Assembly: GCA_013043705.1 (NCBI GenBank)
Contig: JABDNS010000016.1
Location: 10,739-74,738, forward strand
DNA: 64,000 nucleotides
Reading direction: 5' to 3'
Origin: Pseudomonadales bacterium
GTDB lineage: Bacteria > Pseudomonadota > Gammaproteobacteria > Pseudomonadales > UBA7434
Part shown: positions 8,420 through 19,169 of the stretch, in pieces
Layout: every line of letters starts with the position of its first letter
Numbering within the stretch: the stretch's first letter is position 1
Program-made: the position numbers and the translations under genes
Notes under the pieces: generated by a model
The model's input: only the letters and a program-made list of their open reading frames with translations
Databases searched by the model: none
What the model was told of the DNA's origin: nothing

Positions 8420-9697
8420 CTAGGCCTCGCGCAGCGAGTGACGCACTTTGTCGTCCAATGTGCGCAGCGTTACGCTGGTAAGATAAAACGTAACAATAAT
8501 TAGCGCCAGGGTTGCGCCTGCCACTGCGGTGGTAGCGGCGATACCAATGTACTGTGCCATCCACGCCAGCGGTACAACACCCAGCGGCGTAAAGCCGAAT
8601 GCCATCATCATTAGCGCCGATACCCGGCCGCGTTGGTTATTGTCCACCAGCAATTGCATCGTCGTGTTATTCAAGGTTTGCGCGGCCGACGCACAAAGGT
8701 TGGCGAGTAGCAGCGGGACAAGCGCCAAATAAAAGTTGCCGGTTATGCTAAAGGCCACCAGGAACAGGGTGGAGCCAATGCCATTGGCAACCATCAGTTT
8801 GCTGCGGTTGACGTTTTCGCCGCGCGCGGCAATCCAGAAGGAGCCGAGTACACCGCCAAGCCCTGATACTGCCATCAACACGCCCAGGCCGGTTTCGCCC
8901 ACTGCCCAGACATTATCGGCAAAAAGGATCAGCACATTCTGGAATGGAATCGCCAGCAGCATAGGCAAAAAGCCAAATAACAGGCAAACGATAATTTCGC
9001 GTTGGCCGCCGATATAGCGTAGTCCGGCAACCACATCCGCATACAGGCTGAGCCGCGACTCACTATTGGCCATTCTAGCCACCGGCTTGGGGCTAAGTTT
9101 GAGCATGGCCAGAAAGGCGGCAAACAGCAGTAACGTGGCAACAATGTAGGCACCGGTTGCGGCGTACACGCTAATCGCCCAGCCCATAAGCATCGGGCCG
9201 ATAACGCGGCTGATATTTACCACTGCCATGCTAAGGCCCATTGCGGCGCCGAGCCGTTTTTGGCCAACAATATCGAATACCACCGCTGTTCTGGCCGGCA
9301 TGATCACTGGAATCACAACGCCGCCGACAATTCCCGCAATAATCAGGTGCCAAAATTCAAGCTGTTGCGTGGCCAGCAATACCAGGATGCAGGATTCGCT
9401 GGCCAGCACGATAAGCTGGCCCCACTGGATAAGTTGGCGCCGCTCAATGCGATCGGTTAGCGCGCCGCCAATTAACGAGAAAAAAATCATTGGCACGGCG
9501 TAGGCCGCGTTGATCGCCGCCAGCGACATCTCGTTGCCGGTCATGTCCCAGGCAAGAAAGCTGCGCGTTAGCGTTTGGCCATGCATAACCAGGAAAAATG
9601 CAGCGTTACTGATTACCAGCCAGCGAAATTCGATATTTTGCAGGGCGGCAAACGTAGACGAGCGTTTTTTGCTGCTTGGCGGTAGCGTGGGAGGCAA
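8420..9697 (-). CDS. MFS transporter
   Basis: 425-aa polytopic ORF with the MFS signature loop GGALTDRIERRQL. Confidence 0.85.
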   Translation of the reverse strand: MPPTLPPSSKKRSSTFAALQNIEFRWLVISNAAFFLVMHGQTLTRSFLAWDMTGNEMSLAAINAAYAVPMIFFSLIGGALTDRIERRQLIQWGQLIVLASESCILVLLATQQLEFWHLIIAGIVGGVVIPVIMPARTAVVFDIVGQKRLGAAMGLSMAVVNISRVIGPMLMGWAISVYAATGAYIVATLLLFAAFLAMLKLSPKPVARMANSESRLSLYADVVAGLRYIGGQREIIVCLLFGFLPMLLAIPFQNVLILFADNVWAVGETGLGVLMAVSGLGGVLGSFWIAARGENVNRSKLMVANGIGSTLFLVAFSITGNFYLALVPLLLANLCASAAQTLNNTTMQLLVDNNQRGRVSALMMMAFGFTPLGVVPLAWMAQYIGIAATTAVAGATLALIIVTFYLTSVTLRTLDDKVRHSLREA

Positions 9698-9735
9698 GGT
9701 TTATGTCCGCAAACGTTAGTTCTGGCGAGGAGATT

Positions 9736-9766
9736 AAAGGCTTACATTTTCGCACGGTAAGCCTTT
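9736..9766 (-). terminator. 10-bp-stem hairpin downstream of yhhQ (non-canonical terminator candidate)
   Basis: aaaggcttac-attttcgcacg-gtaagccttt. There is no clear U-tract in the minus sense, so function is uncertain. Confidence 0.3.
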
Positions 9767-9819
9767 TAAATGCCCTGCAATATTGCAATCGTGTTTGTGT
9801 CAGCGCGCAAATGTCTCGG

Positions 9820-10575
9820 TCAGGCCATGTTTCGGGTATCGATTTGCAAGTAGCGGCTAAGCTTTGCGACCAACAAGTAAAACGGCAGGGTGTCGAGCAG
9901 CGCCACTACCATCTTGAAAGCGTAGTTGGATGCCATTAGCAGCAATAGCGTTGCCGGAGCCATTTCCCCGGCAACCAGCAGTGCACCGAAGGTGATACTA
10001 ACGACCATGAAAGAGTCGACAGCCTGGCTGATTAGCGTGCTGAAGTTGTTGCGCAGCCACAGGTGTTTACCGTGGGTTAGGCGTTTCCAGAAATGAAACA
10101 GCCGAACATCGGCGTACTGTGCAGCAACATAGGCCATCATCGATGCGAATACCGCGCCAGCAGTGCATTGGTAAAGTAGCTGGAACAGTTCAACGCTGCC
10201 GCTAATGGTTCGGCCGGTTGGTGTGCTCACCGCTTCTGCCAGTTGCAATACTTGCCAGGGTGGCACCGCTGCACCAGTAACCGACGGCACATGGCTACCC
10301 AGCCACATAAAAGCAAAAATAAAAATGTTCAAGCCAAGACCTACCGTTACCACAAAATTGGCGCGCGCACGGCCGTACAATTCGCATATCAAGTCGGTGC
10401 ACAGGAATGTAAGCGGGTACGGCAACACGCCTAGCGCGAGCTGCAGCGGCCCCAGTTGGATAAAACGGGTGATGCCAACCACATTGAGCAGTGTCATACA
10501 GCAGATAAAAAAAGCCGCCAGCACCAGGAAAACGCGTTCGCGGCGCTCTACCAGATCTGTTTCAGGATTCGCCAT
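9820..10575 (-). CDS. yhhQ: Queuosine-precursor transporter, YhhQ/VUT (DUF165) family
   Basis: Membrane ORF with the YPLTFLCTDLICELYG motif typical of YhhQ. Start set at MANPETDL (10575, 251 aa). The 332-aa track ORF carries a non-conserved-looking extension. Confidence 0.75.
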   Translation of the reverse strand: MANPETDLVERRERVFLVLAAFFICCMTLLNVVGITRFIQLGPLQLALGVLPYPLTFLCTDLICELYGRARANFVVTVGLGLNIFIFAFMWLGSHVPSVTGAAVPPWQVLQLAEAVSTPTGRTISGSVELFQLLYQCTAGAVFASMMAYVAAQYADVRLFHFWKRLTHGKHLWLRNNFSTLISQAVDSFMVVSITFGALLVAGEMAPATLLLLMASNYAFKMVVALLDTLPFYLLVAKLSRYLQIDTRNMA

Positions 10576-10654
10576 TTGGGCCTTGCTCCGGAAAATAGTG
10601 TTTAGCCAACAGCTGTTTGCGTTTATGCTCTCGCAGTGCCGCAGTTGTTGCAAG

Positions 10655-10676
10655 CAGGCAAAAATTTTTTTGCCTG
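10655..10676. promoter_or_regulatory. Perfect AT-centred palindrome between the divergent yhhQ and rlmB genes
   Basis: caggcaaaaa-tt-tttttgcctg, located 23 nt upstream of the rlmB ATG. Confidence 0.25.
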
Positions 10677-10698
10677 TGATTGTCCAAGTGGAAAAGCG

Positions 10699-11469
10699 AT
10701 GAGTAATGAAAACGCAGATTTTGTTTACGGTATCAATGCTGTTGAAGCAATACTCGAGCAGCGGGCGTCCAGTGTTGAAGCTTTGTATCTCGGTGGCAAG
10801 CGCGACGATAAGCGCCACAACAATTTGATTCGGGCAGCGCAGGCGAGCAACGTTAACATTAGTCGCGTCGATGCGCAGGCGTTTGAGCGTTTATTGGTAC
10901 AAGCCGGGCTTGATGCTGCCAGCGTGCACCAGCAGGTGCTGGCGCGTGTCCGGCCTGCCGAGGTGCAGGATGAGAACTTCCTGAAAACGCTGTTGAAACG
11001 GCTGGAGGTGCCGGCTTTGCTGCTTGTGCTCGACGGCGTTACCGATCCGCACAACCTTGGCGCCTGTATGCGCTCGGCAAACGCGGCTGGCGCGCAGGCG
11101 GTTGTGGTGCCGCGAGACAATGCTGTGCATTTAACCGCGGCGGTGCGCAAGGTCGCGAGTGGTGCGGCCGAGCTCACACCGTTGGTGGTAGTAAAGAACC
11201 TGGCCCGCTGTATCGAGTCGCTGCAGCAGGCCGGCGTGTGGGTAATGGGTGCGGCTGGCGGTACGGGCCAGAGTCTTTACCAGCTCGATCTTACCGTTCA
11301 CACGGCGCTAGTGCTGGGCGCCGAGGGTGCCGGGCTGCGCCGGCTAACACGCGAGCGCTGCGATGCGCTATTCGAAATTCCGATGGCGGGTGAAGTTGAG
11401 AGCCTCAATGTGTCGGTAGCGGCGGGAGTGAGCTTGTTCGAGGCTTTGCGGCAGCGGCGCTTTTTATGA
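10699..11469 (+). CDS. rlmB: 23S rRNA (guanosine-2'-O)-methyltransferase RlmB (SpoU/TrmH family)
   Basis: MSNENADFVYGINAVEAIL N-terminus and SpoU motifs (LDGVTDPHNLGACMRSA, LVLGAEGAGLRRLT, SLNVSVAAGV). Start at ATG 10699. Confidence 0.9.
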   Translation: MSNENADFVYGINAVEAILEQRASSVEALYLGGKRDDKRHNNLIRAAQASNVNISRVDAQAFERLLVQAGLDAASVHQQVLARVRPAEVQDENFLKTLLKRLEVPALLLVLDGVTDPHNLGACMRSANAAGAQAVVVPRDNAVHLTAAVRKVASGAAELTPLVVVKNLARCIESLQQAGVWVMGAAGGTGQSLYQLDLTVHTALVLGAEGAGLRRLTRERCDALFEIPMAGEVESLNVSVAAGVSLFEALRQRRFL

Positions 11470-11521
11470 GCCACGGGCGTTTTACAAGCCACAGGCGTTT
11501 TACAAGCCACAGGCGTTTAAG
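11468..11521 (+). repeat. 18-bp tandem repeat x3 (AAGCCACAGGCGTTTTAC)
   Basis: gagccacgggcgttttac / aagccacaggcgttttac / aagccacaggcgtttaag. It fills the whole convergent gap between the rlmB and rnt stop codons. Confidence 0.85.
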
Positions 11522-12158
11522 TGGCGGGTGGCTCAGGCGGTGGCCAGCCACCCAAATCCTTCCAGCGATTAACGATATAGCAAAACAGCTCGGCGGTTTT
11601 GCGGGTGTCGTAGGCGGCGCTATGCGCATCGTTGTTGTTAAATTCTATATTGGCCGCGTAGCAGGCCTTGGCCAGAACCGTTTGTCCGAGTGCCAAACCT
11701 GACAGCGTGGCAGTATCGAAGCTGGAGAAAGGGTGAAACGGATTGCGCTTAATATTGCAACGCGCGTTGGCTGCGTTGAGGAAACCCTGGTCGAAAGTTG
11801 CATTATGCGCAACCAGGATGGCGCGCTTGCAATCAGCCTCTTTCTTGGCCGCGCGAATACGTGTGTACAGGTCTTTTAGCGCTTCGGCTTCAGGCTGCGA
11901 CGGGCGCAACGGGTGGTAGGGGTCGATACCGGTAAACTCCAGCGCAGCCGGGTCGATATTGGCGCCTTCGAAGGGTGCTACGTGATAGCTGAACATATCG
12001 TCGTAGTAGAGCGAGCCGTCTTCGCGCATTTTTAGCGGAGCGGCTGAAATTTCCAGTAGTGCATCGGTCTGGGCATTGAAGCCGCCGGTTTCGAGGTCGA
12101 TCACCACCGGCAGGTAACCCCGGAAGCGATCTTTTAGCAGCTGCGCGGTATCGCTCAA
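11517..12158 (-). CDS. rnt: Ribonuclease T
   Basis: 213 aa with DEDDh exonuclease motifs ([29 protein letters not shown]). Located next to pyrC. Confidence 0.92.
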   Translation of the reverse strand: MSDTAQLLKDRFRGYLPVVIDLETGGFNAQTDALLEISAAPLKMREDGSLYYDDMFSYHVAPFEGANIDPAALEFTGIDPYHPLRPSQPEAEALKDLYTRIRAAKKEADCKRAILVAHNATFDQGFLNAANARCNIKRNPFHPFSSFDTATLSGLALGQTVLAKACYAANIEFNNNDAHSAAYDTRKTAELFCYIVNRWKDLGGWPPPEPPAT

Positions 12159-13210
12159 GATGCGCGCTCCAGCTGCCAGCTAATAGGTTCACCTGCCATT
12201 AGCGGCACTAGCTCGCATTCGCCCATGCTCAGCAACGATGGCACCACACCCGGTTTTTTGTGCAGTTGTACTTTGCCTTGGTTGCGCGGCAAGTTGTAGA
12301 AGTCAGCGCCGAAAAAACTGGCAAAGCCTTCCAGTGCGTGCAGCGCGCCTGCGCTCTCGAATGCCATTGCATAAAGTTCCAGCGCATTGTGCGCGGTATA
12401 GCAACCAGCACAGCCACAGGCATTTTCTTTTTTGTCTTTATCGTGCGGCGCCGAATCGGTACCGAGGAAAAAACGCGCGTCACCGGAGCTTGCCGCATCC
12501 AGCAACGCTTGTTGGTGGGTGGAGCGTTTTAACACTGGCAGGCAGTAGTAGTGCGGGCGCACCGCGCCCGCCAGCAAGTGGTTGCGATTAAATAGCAGGT
12601 GGTGTGCAGTAATTGTAGCCGCCGTGTGCTGGCTACAGTTGCTGACAAAATCAACCGCGTCGGCAGTTGTAATGTGTTCTAACACAATTTTCAAAGTTGG
12701 AAAGTCATTGCGTACTCGCTTTAATATGCGTTCGATGAAAACTGTTTCGCGGTCAAAAATATCAATCTCGGCGTCGGTGACTTCGCCGTGTATCGAAAGC
12801 ACAATGCCGTGTTTTTGCATGGCTTCAAGCGCCGGGTAGATTTTTTTGATATCGGTAACACCCGAGGCCGAATTGGTAGTTGCGCCGGCCGGGTACCATT
12901 TGAACGCGTGCACAAACGGCGATGCGGCGGCTTGCGCGACGCAATCTGCGTCCGTTTGGTCGGTGAGGTAGAGCACCATCAAGGGCTCAAAGTCGGCGCC
13001 CGCATCCAGTGCACCGAGAATGCGCTCGCGGTAGGCCGCGGCTGCGGCTACATTACAAACCGGCGGCAGCAAGTTGGGCATCACGATGGCGCGGGCGAAC
13101 TGCCGCGCGGCATCGTTGACCGTGCGCGCCAGCGCGTCGGCATCGCGCAAGTGTATGTGCCAGTCGTCGGGGCGTGTGAGCGTGAGGGTGTCGGTTGAAT
13201 TGGGCGACAT
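12155..13210 (-). CDS. pyrC: Dihydroorotase (class II)
   Basis: 351 aa with an N-terminal [11 protein letters not shown] metal-binding motif and homology along its length by eye. The start overlaps the rnt stop by 4 nt. Confidence 0.93.
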   Translation of the reverse strand: MSPNSTDTLTLTRPDDWHIHLRDADALARTVNDAARQFARAIVMPNLLPPVCNVAAAAAYRERILGALDAGADFEPLMVLYLTDQTDADCVAQAAASPFVHAFKWYPAGATTNSASGVTDIKKIYPALEAMQKHGIVLSIHGEVTDAEIDIFDRETVFIERILKRVRNDFPTLKIVLEHITTADAVDFVSNCSQHTAATITAHHLLFNRNHLLAGAVRPHYYCLPVLKRSTHQQALLDAASSGDARFFLGTDSAPHDKDKKENACGCAGCYTAHNALELYAMAFESAGALHALEGFASFFGADFYNLPRNQGKVQLHKKPGVVPSLLSMGECELVPLMAGEPISWQLERAS

Positions 13211-13331
13211 TGAGTATCCGGGATTTTCCGGCAGGCTAGTAGGTGTAGCGGGGCCGCGAGAATAACATTAGTGGCACCGTTGTGCTGCGCCAAGCGCTAA
13301 AGAATTCGCGGAAGCTGCCGATAAAGCCTCG

Positions 13332-14285
13332 ATGATGCCTGTTAATTTCTTCACATTATGCCTTCCGGTTTTGCGTGCCTTGCCGGTCGTGCCAGCATCT
13401 GCCCGGTTGCGTGGTGCGCTGTTGTTCGCGGCGGTTTCGCTAGTCGCTGAATCCGCGCTGGCTGCTATCAATTACCATGCGCGGATGGATGTGGCTAGCT
13501 GGCGCGCTGATTCGCAGGTGCTGGGCTGTCGGCTGGTCCAGGACATTCCGGATTTCGGCCGCGCGGTTTTTGAGCGTGAGGCAGGTGGTGAGTTGCGGTT
13601 TTTCCTGCACAGCCCGAAGCAGCCACTTGCGCCCGGCCAGGCCTCGCTGCGTGCCAAGGCGCCAGCTTGGCATCCGCAGTTGGAAGAGCTGGATTTAGGC
13701 GTGGTGGCGGTGCGCGATGGCGTGTTGCCGATACAAGTTGATGCGGCCATGGCAGCGCGCTTGCTGGCTGAACTCTACCAGGGCAGGGCGCCGGCATTCC
13801 TGCGCAGGTCCTGGTACGCAGACGAAATGCCGATAGAGGTGGGTCTTTCCCCGGCAACATTCCGGCTCGCACACCGCGAATACCAGCGCTGTTTGGGCCA
13901 GTTGGCGCCGGTTGGCTTCGCCAAGCTGGAGCGATCGCGCGTGCACTTCGCCAGCGATCGCGCTGAAATACTGCCCAAGACGGCCGCGTGGCTGGATATC
14001 GTGGCCGACTACCTGTTGCGCGCCGATGATGTCGAGCGGCTTTATATCGATGGTCACACCGACGATACCCACACCAGCACCTACAACGTGGAGCTTTCGC
14101 GAAAACGCGCCGAGGCGGTGGCTGGTTACCTTGCCACCAAAGGCGTATCGCGAAATCTCATCACGATTCGCTTTCACGGTGAGCGCTACCCGGTGAAGCC
14201 CAATACCAGCCTGGCGGGCAAAGCCTATAACCGCCGCGTAACCTTGCGCGTCGAGCGCGTCCCTTCGCAGATCGCCAAGCGCTAG
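13332..14285 (+). CDS. motY: Flagellar motor T-ring protein MotY (OmpA-like C-terminal domain)
   Basis: Signal peptide, then a MotY-like N-domain (GCRLVQDIPDFGRAVF) and an OmpA/peptidoglycan-binding C-domain (IDGHTDDT...NRRVTLRV). It sits between pyrC and argG, as I recall for Pseudomonas aeruginosa. Confidence 0.78.
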   Translation: MMPVNFFTLCLPVLRALPVVPASARLRGALLFAAVSLVAESALAAINYHARMDVASWRADSQVLGCRLVQDIPDFGRAVFEREAGGELRFFLHSPKQPLAPGQASLRAKAPAWHPQLEELDLGVVAVRDGVLPIQVDAAMAARLLAELYQGRAPAFLRRSWYADEMPIEVGLSPATFRLAHREYQRCLGQLAPVGFAKLERSRVHFASDRAEILPKTAAWLDIVADYLLRADDVERLYIDGHTDDTHTSTYNVELSRKRAEAVAGYLATKGVSRNLITIRFHGERYPVKPNTSLAGKAYNRRVTLRVERVPSQIAKR

Positions 14286-14361
14286 CGGTAATTTCTACTC
14301 TCGCGGTGCGGGCGCGGCGCTTTTTCGGTAAACTCGCCCCTTTTTTGCCGAGGGCAATACC

Positions 14362-15582
<1,221 letters not shown>

Positions 15583-15684
15583 ACCTTAATTTGGTTGCAA
15601 TTTGATCGCTGGTCAGGCCAGCGGTCGAATTGCTGCATCTTTTTTGCTCGTTACGCCGCCTTCTCCCTGCACAATCACTAAACT

Positions 15685-16716
15685 GTGTTTATTCCTTGCG
15701 TTTTTTGCGGTGGCCCTTTTTTGATACCAGCGAAGCTTACGTTAACGGTTTGTTCCGCGCGCGCCGTGCTGCTCGCGCTGCTTGTCGCGTTGGCGTCGAC
15801 GGCGCTGGCCGAAGATATTGCCTTGCCGCCTTGTGAAGATTGCGAGCCTTTGGCGGAGCGCTCTTTCGTAGATGTTTCCCACAGTTATGTTAGCGAGCGG
15901 TTCGATAGCCTGGCACGCTGGATTGATGGTTTTTTTGGCGAGCGTCGAGCGGATACAGAGGCGGCGAATTCCTTTGTGCGGTTTCGTGCAGAGCAGCAAA
16001 TGGCCGAGTCCGGCGCTGCGAATGCAAGGTTTCGAGTGCGCGGAAAAATCAGCTTGCCACTTTTAAACGAAAAGTTGAAGCTGGTTTTCTTCGATGAAGA
16101 AGATGCGCTGATAGCGGGGGAGTCACTAGAAGAAACCGAAACCGAACGCGAGAACGAAGGTGGTGTTGGTCTGCAGTACAATGTGGCTGATGGCAGCGAA
16201 TTCAGGGTGGACTACCGTGTCGGGCTGCGCTCTGGCGATCAAGTCCGCACCGGTGTCAGGCTGCGCTATTTGCTGGCGCTGGGTGAGCGAAGCCAGATGC
16301 GTTTAACTGAAGAGCTGTACTGGCAAGATACTCGCGGCTTCGGTAGCAAGACAGTGCTGGATATTGAGCGATTGCTAAACAGCAATCAATTGCTGCGCTG
16401 GAGCAATCGCTTCGATTTTTCTGAAAATACGGTGGGCGTGCCTTGGGCGAGCGTGTTGTCCTTCCGGCATGCATTCAAAGCCGATCATGCGGTTGCCTAC
16501 TACCTACGCGCTGCCGGTGACACGCGCCCGGCTTACCGAACCATGAATTATGGGCCGGGCATGCTGTACCGAATCAATATATGGAAAAAGTGGCTATTTT
16601 TCGAGTTTGAACCAACTTACCGCTGGACGCGCGAACCGGAAACCTTCAAGCACGAAGGGGTTGCGTCCGTTTTTTTTCGACTGGAGGTCATGTTTAGCGA
16701 AAAACATCGCTACTAG
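15685..16716 (+). CDS. Hypothetical secreted / outer-membrane protein
   Basis: Signal-like segment (LLALLVALASTALA-ED). The remainder has alternating amphipathic beta-strand-like character (FRVDYRVGL, RTGVRLRYLL, VFFRLEVMF). No family recognised, and the start is uncertain. Confidence 0.55.
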   Translation: MFIPCVFCGGPFLIPAKLTLTVCSARAVLLALLVALASTALAEDIALPPCEDCEPLAERSFVDVSHSYVSERFDSLARWIDGFFGERRADTEAANSFVRFRAEQQMAESGAANARFRVRGKISLPLLNEKLKLVFFDEEDALIAGESLEETETERENEGGVGLQYNVADGSEFRVDYRVGLRSGDQVRTGVRLRYLLALGERSQMRLTEELYWQDTRGFGSKTVLDIERLLNSNQLLRWSNRFDFSENTVGVPWASVLSFRHAFKADHAVAYYLRAAGDTRPAYRTMNYGPGMLYRINIWKKWLFFEFEPTYRWTREPETFKHEGVASVFFRLEVMFSEKHRY

Positions 16717-16777
16717 CCTAAAGCAGCCAAAGTGGCAGGCTGGATCTTGCATAGCAAGGTAGCGGATAGATTCTTTG

Positions 16778-18283
16778 CTACTTCCTGGGTGTGCGTAAAA
16801 ATACTAACCTGACAATCAGGCCAGGCTGGTTATCCTCGACAAAGATCGCACCCTTGTGCAGGTTGATCGCCGCGTGCACCATGCTAAGCCCCAGCCCGTT
16901 ACCCGGGTGCACGCCACGACTCTGTTCTTCCCGATAAAAACGCTGGAACATTTTTTTATAATTATCAGGGTTTACGCCAACGCCAGAGTCGATAATTTCA
17001 AGACTGCAATAGCGTTTTGAGCGGTAATCCAAGGTATTACTTTCGTCGCCTCGTTCTTGCGTAGACAGGGCTTGTAGAATTTCGACTCCACTTACCGAGC
17101 TGCCCGCGCGAAGCACTATGCTTATATCACCGCCAGTAGGCGTAAATTTGATGGCGTTATCCAGCAGGTTGGCTACGGCCTGGAATAGCAAATGGCGATC
17201 GCCAAGTATTTCAATGTTACCTTCTGCCTGCAAATTAATACCGATTTGTTTGTCGGCGGCAAGTGGCTCGTAAAGCTCTATGACATCTTGCAGCAATTTA
17301 GCCAAGTCCAGCGCTTCAAACTTAGTGCTGCGGTTTGCTGACTCGATACGCGCGATGCGCAGCAGCGCGTTAAAGGTGGCAAGTAGTTGGTCGGTTTCGG
17401 TAATTAATTCCTGCACTGATTCCGCTTCGCTATCGCCGAGCCGGTTTTTTACTGAAACCAGGTTGTTGCGATGCCTCGTTAGCGGTGTGCGCAGGTCGTG
17501 GGCAATATTGTCTGACACTCGTTTGACGTCGTCCATTAGCGAGGCGATGACGTCGAGCATGCGGTTCAGGTTTCTCGCCAGCTCCTCGGGTTCCGCGTTG
17601 GAGTTGCTGGTTGCGAAACGCTGGCTCAAGTCGCCGCGCATGATGCGGCGAATACCAATATTAAACTTTTCCAGGCGGGTTAGGCTAAGCAGCGAAAATA
17701 TCAACGCCAGGCCAAGGCAAAGCACTACCGAAACGGAAAAAAATAGCAAAATAACAAAGCGGATGTTTTCAATAAATACACGCAACAGACGCAAGTTGCG
17801 CGCCACCAATACGCGGTTGCCGTCGGGCAGCGCGGCTTCAACAGCCATTAGTTTTACAGTGTCAGCGTCACGTGCCAGCCGATCAATTTCAAACACCATG
17901 CGCCCGTTTTTTCTCTCTGCATTGTCCGGCCATGCAACAAGGTCGCCCGCAATTCGCTTACCAGCCTGGTCTGCCAGCAAGTAGTAAAAATTGGAAAGGT
18001 TGTATTCAATATTGTCGTGCGAAGTTGCCCGCTCAAAGCCATCTACGCCGCCCTGCGCATAGGCCTGCTGGATTCGCACAATTTCCAGCTGTAAGGATTG
18101 GCGAATCTCCAGGCTCGCTTGTACGGTCATGAAGGTAAACAGCGAGATAAAAATGATAAGCCCGATAAAAACAAGGATTAGCGCCGAGCTTAAGAAAAAC
18201 CGGAATGCATAGCTTTTAAGCGCAAGCTTGAGGGCTCGCAGTCGCGCTTCGAACCGGCTTCTTGTGTCGGCCAGGGCAGGCAT
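16778..18283 (-). CDS. Sensor histidine kinase (two TM segments, HAMP, HisKA, HATPase_c)
   Basis: H-box SDNIAHDLRTPLT, N-box LLDNAIKFT, and G-boxes DSGVGV and GNGLGLS. No response regulator lies adjacent. Confidence 0.88.
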   Translation of the reverse strand: MPALADTRSRFEARLRALKLALKSYAFRFFLSSALILVFIGLIIFISLFTFMTVQASLEIRQSLQLEIVRIQQAYAQGGVDGFERATSHDNIEYNLSNFYYLLADQAGKRIAGDLVAWPDNAERKNGRMVFEIDRLARDADTVKLMAVEAALPDGNRVLVARNLRLLRVFIENIRFVILLFFSVSVVLCLGLALIFSLLSLTRLEKFNIGIRRIMRGDLSQRFATSNSNAEPEELARNLNRMLDVIASLMDDVKRVSDNIAHDLRTPLTRHRNNLVSVKNRLGDSEAESVQELITETDQLLATFNALLRIARIESANRSTKFEALDLAKLLQDVIELYEPLAADKQIGINLQAEGNIEILGDRHLLFQAVANLLDNAIKFTPTGGDISIVLRAGSSVSGVEILQALSTQERGDESNTLDYRSKRYCSLEIIDSGVGVNPDNYKKMFQRFYREEQSRGVHPGNGLGLSMVHAAINLHKGAIFVEDNQPGLIVRLVFLRTPRK

Positions 18284-18413
18284 CGAATACAGTGCTCTAG
18301 TTGGTGGGATAATTGTGTTTTGAATAGCTGCGAACTCAATTGTATCGCGGCAGCGTTATGTTAAGGTAGCCTGATATTTTCGGGTCGCGAACTCGCGTTC
18401 ATCTTACAATATT

Positions 18414-19085
18414 ATGTCAGAAGTCATCATCCATCCCTCAGCCACCGTTGTATTGCTGCACGACGATGCCGATGGTATCAAAACCTTGTTGCTCAAGCGC
18501 AATGCCAAAGTCAGCTTTGGTGGCGGTGAATGGGTGTTTCCTGGCGGCAAGATTGAGGCCGCTGAGCTTGAAAAGCATGCCGACGATGCGGAGCGTGTTG
18601 CGGCGGTTCGCGAATGTAAGGAGGAGGCTGGCATCCTCTTGACCCCGGATGCACTGCAAAAATATTCGCACTGGGTTACACCCGATTTCATGCCCAAGCG
18701 TTTTTCTACCGGATTCTACCTGGCGCAGCTAGACAATCAGTTGCCTGTGTTGGTCGATAACAGCGAGATCGTTGACTATCGCTGGGTGTCGCCGGCGGAG
18801 GCCCTGGCACAGTATGCGCGCGGCGAGCTGCCAATGATGCCGCCGACCTTTGTGTCGCTGAATGACTTTGTGCGCTTCCAGGCGACCAGCGAACTGCTGC
18901 AGCATTGCCAGCGGCGAGATCCTTTGGTGTTCGAGCCGCGTATGCTGCGCCATAACGAACGAGTGTATTTGCTATACAGCGGCGATTGCGCCTACGAGTC
19001 GGCCGATGCCAGTACTGAAGGTAGAAGGCATCGCTTGTTAATGAGCGAGTCAGGCTATGAATATATTTGCGACCAGCCAATCTAG
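18414..19085 (+). CDS. NUDIX hydrolase
   Basis: Nudix box GGKIEAAELEKHADDAERVAAVRECKEEAGI (GX5EX7REUXEEXGU pattern). Confidence 0.85.
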   Translation: MSEVIIHPSATVVLLHDDADGIKTLLLKRNAKVSFGGGEWVFPGGKIEAAELEKHADDAERVAAVRECKEEAGILLTPDALQKYSHWVTPDFMPKRFSTGFYLAQLDNQLPVLVDNSEIVDYRWVSPAEALAQYARGELPMMPPTFVSLNDFVRFQATSELLQHCQRRDPLVFEPRMLRHNERVYLLYSGDCAYESADASTEGRRHRLLMSESGYEYICDQPI

Positions 19086-19169
19086 GCAGCAAACGCTGCG
19101 CCAACAACTTATGAAAATCAGTTTGCGAATGTATCTGCGTCTATCTCGCCCAGATGTCGGGCCAATCGC

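Noticed and set aside
10576-10698. preQ1 riboswitch upstream of yhhQ
   Set aside because: YhhQ genes are often preQ1-regulated, but the leader lacks the short P1 hairpin followed by the A-rich ...AAAAAACUA tail of preQ1-I. Nothing resembling the other preQ1 classes was seen by eye.
15608-15650. Hairpin after argG as an intrinsic terminator
   Set aside because: The stem has a mismatch (gatcgctgg / ccagcggtc) and the T-run starts about 12 nt after the stem. This is not convincing enough to call.
17280-17984. 234-aa plus-strand ORF
   Set aside because: It is antisense to the histidine kinase gene. The translation is Ser/Arg-rich low-complexity sequence.
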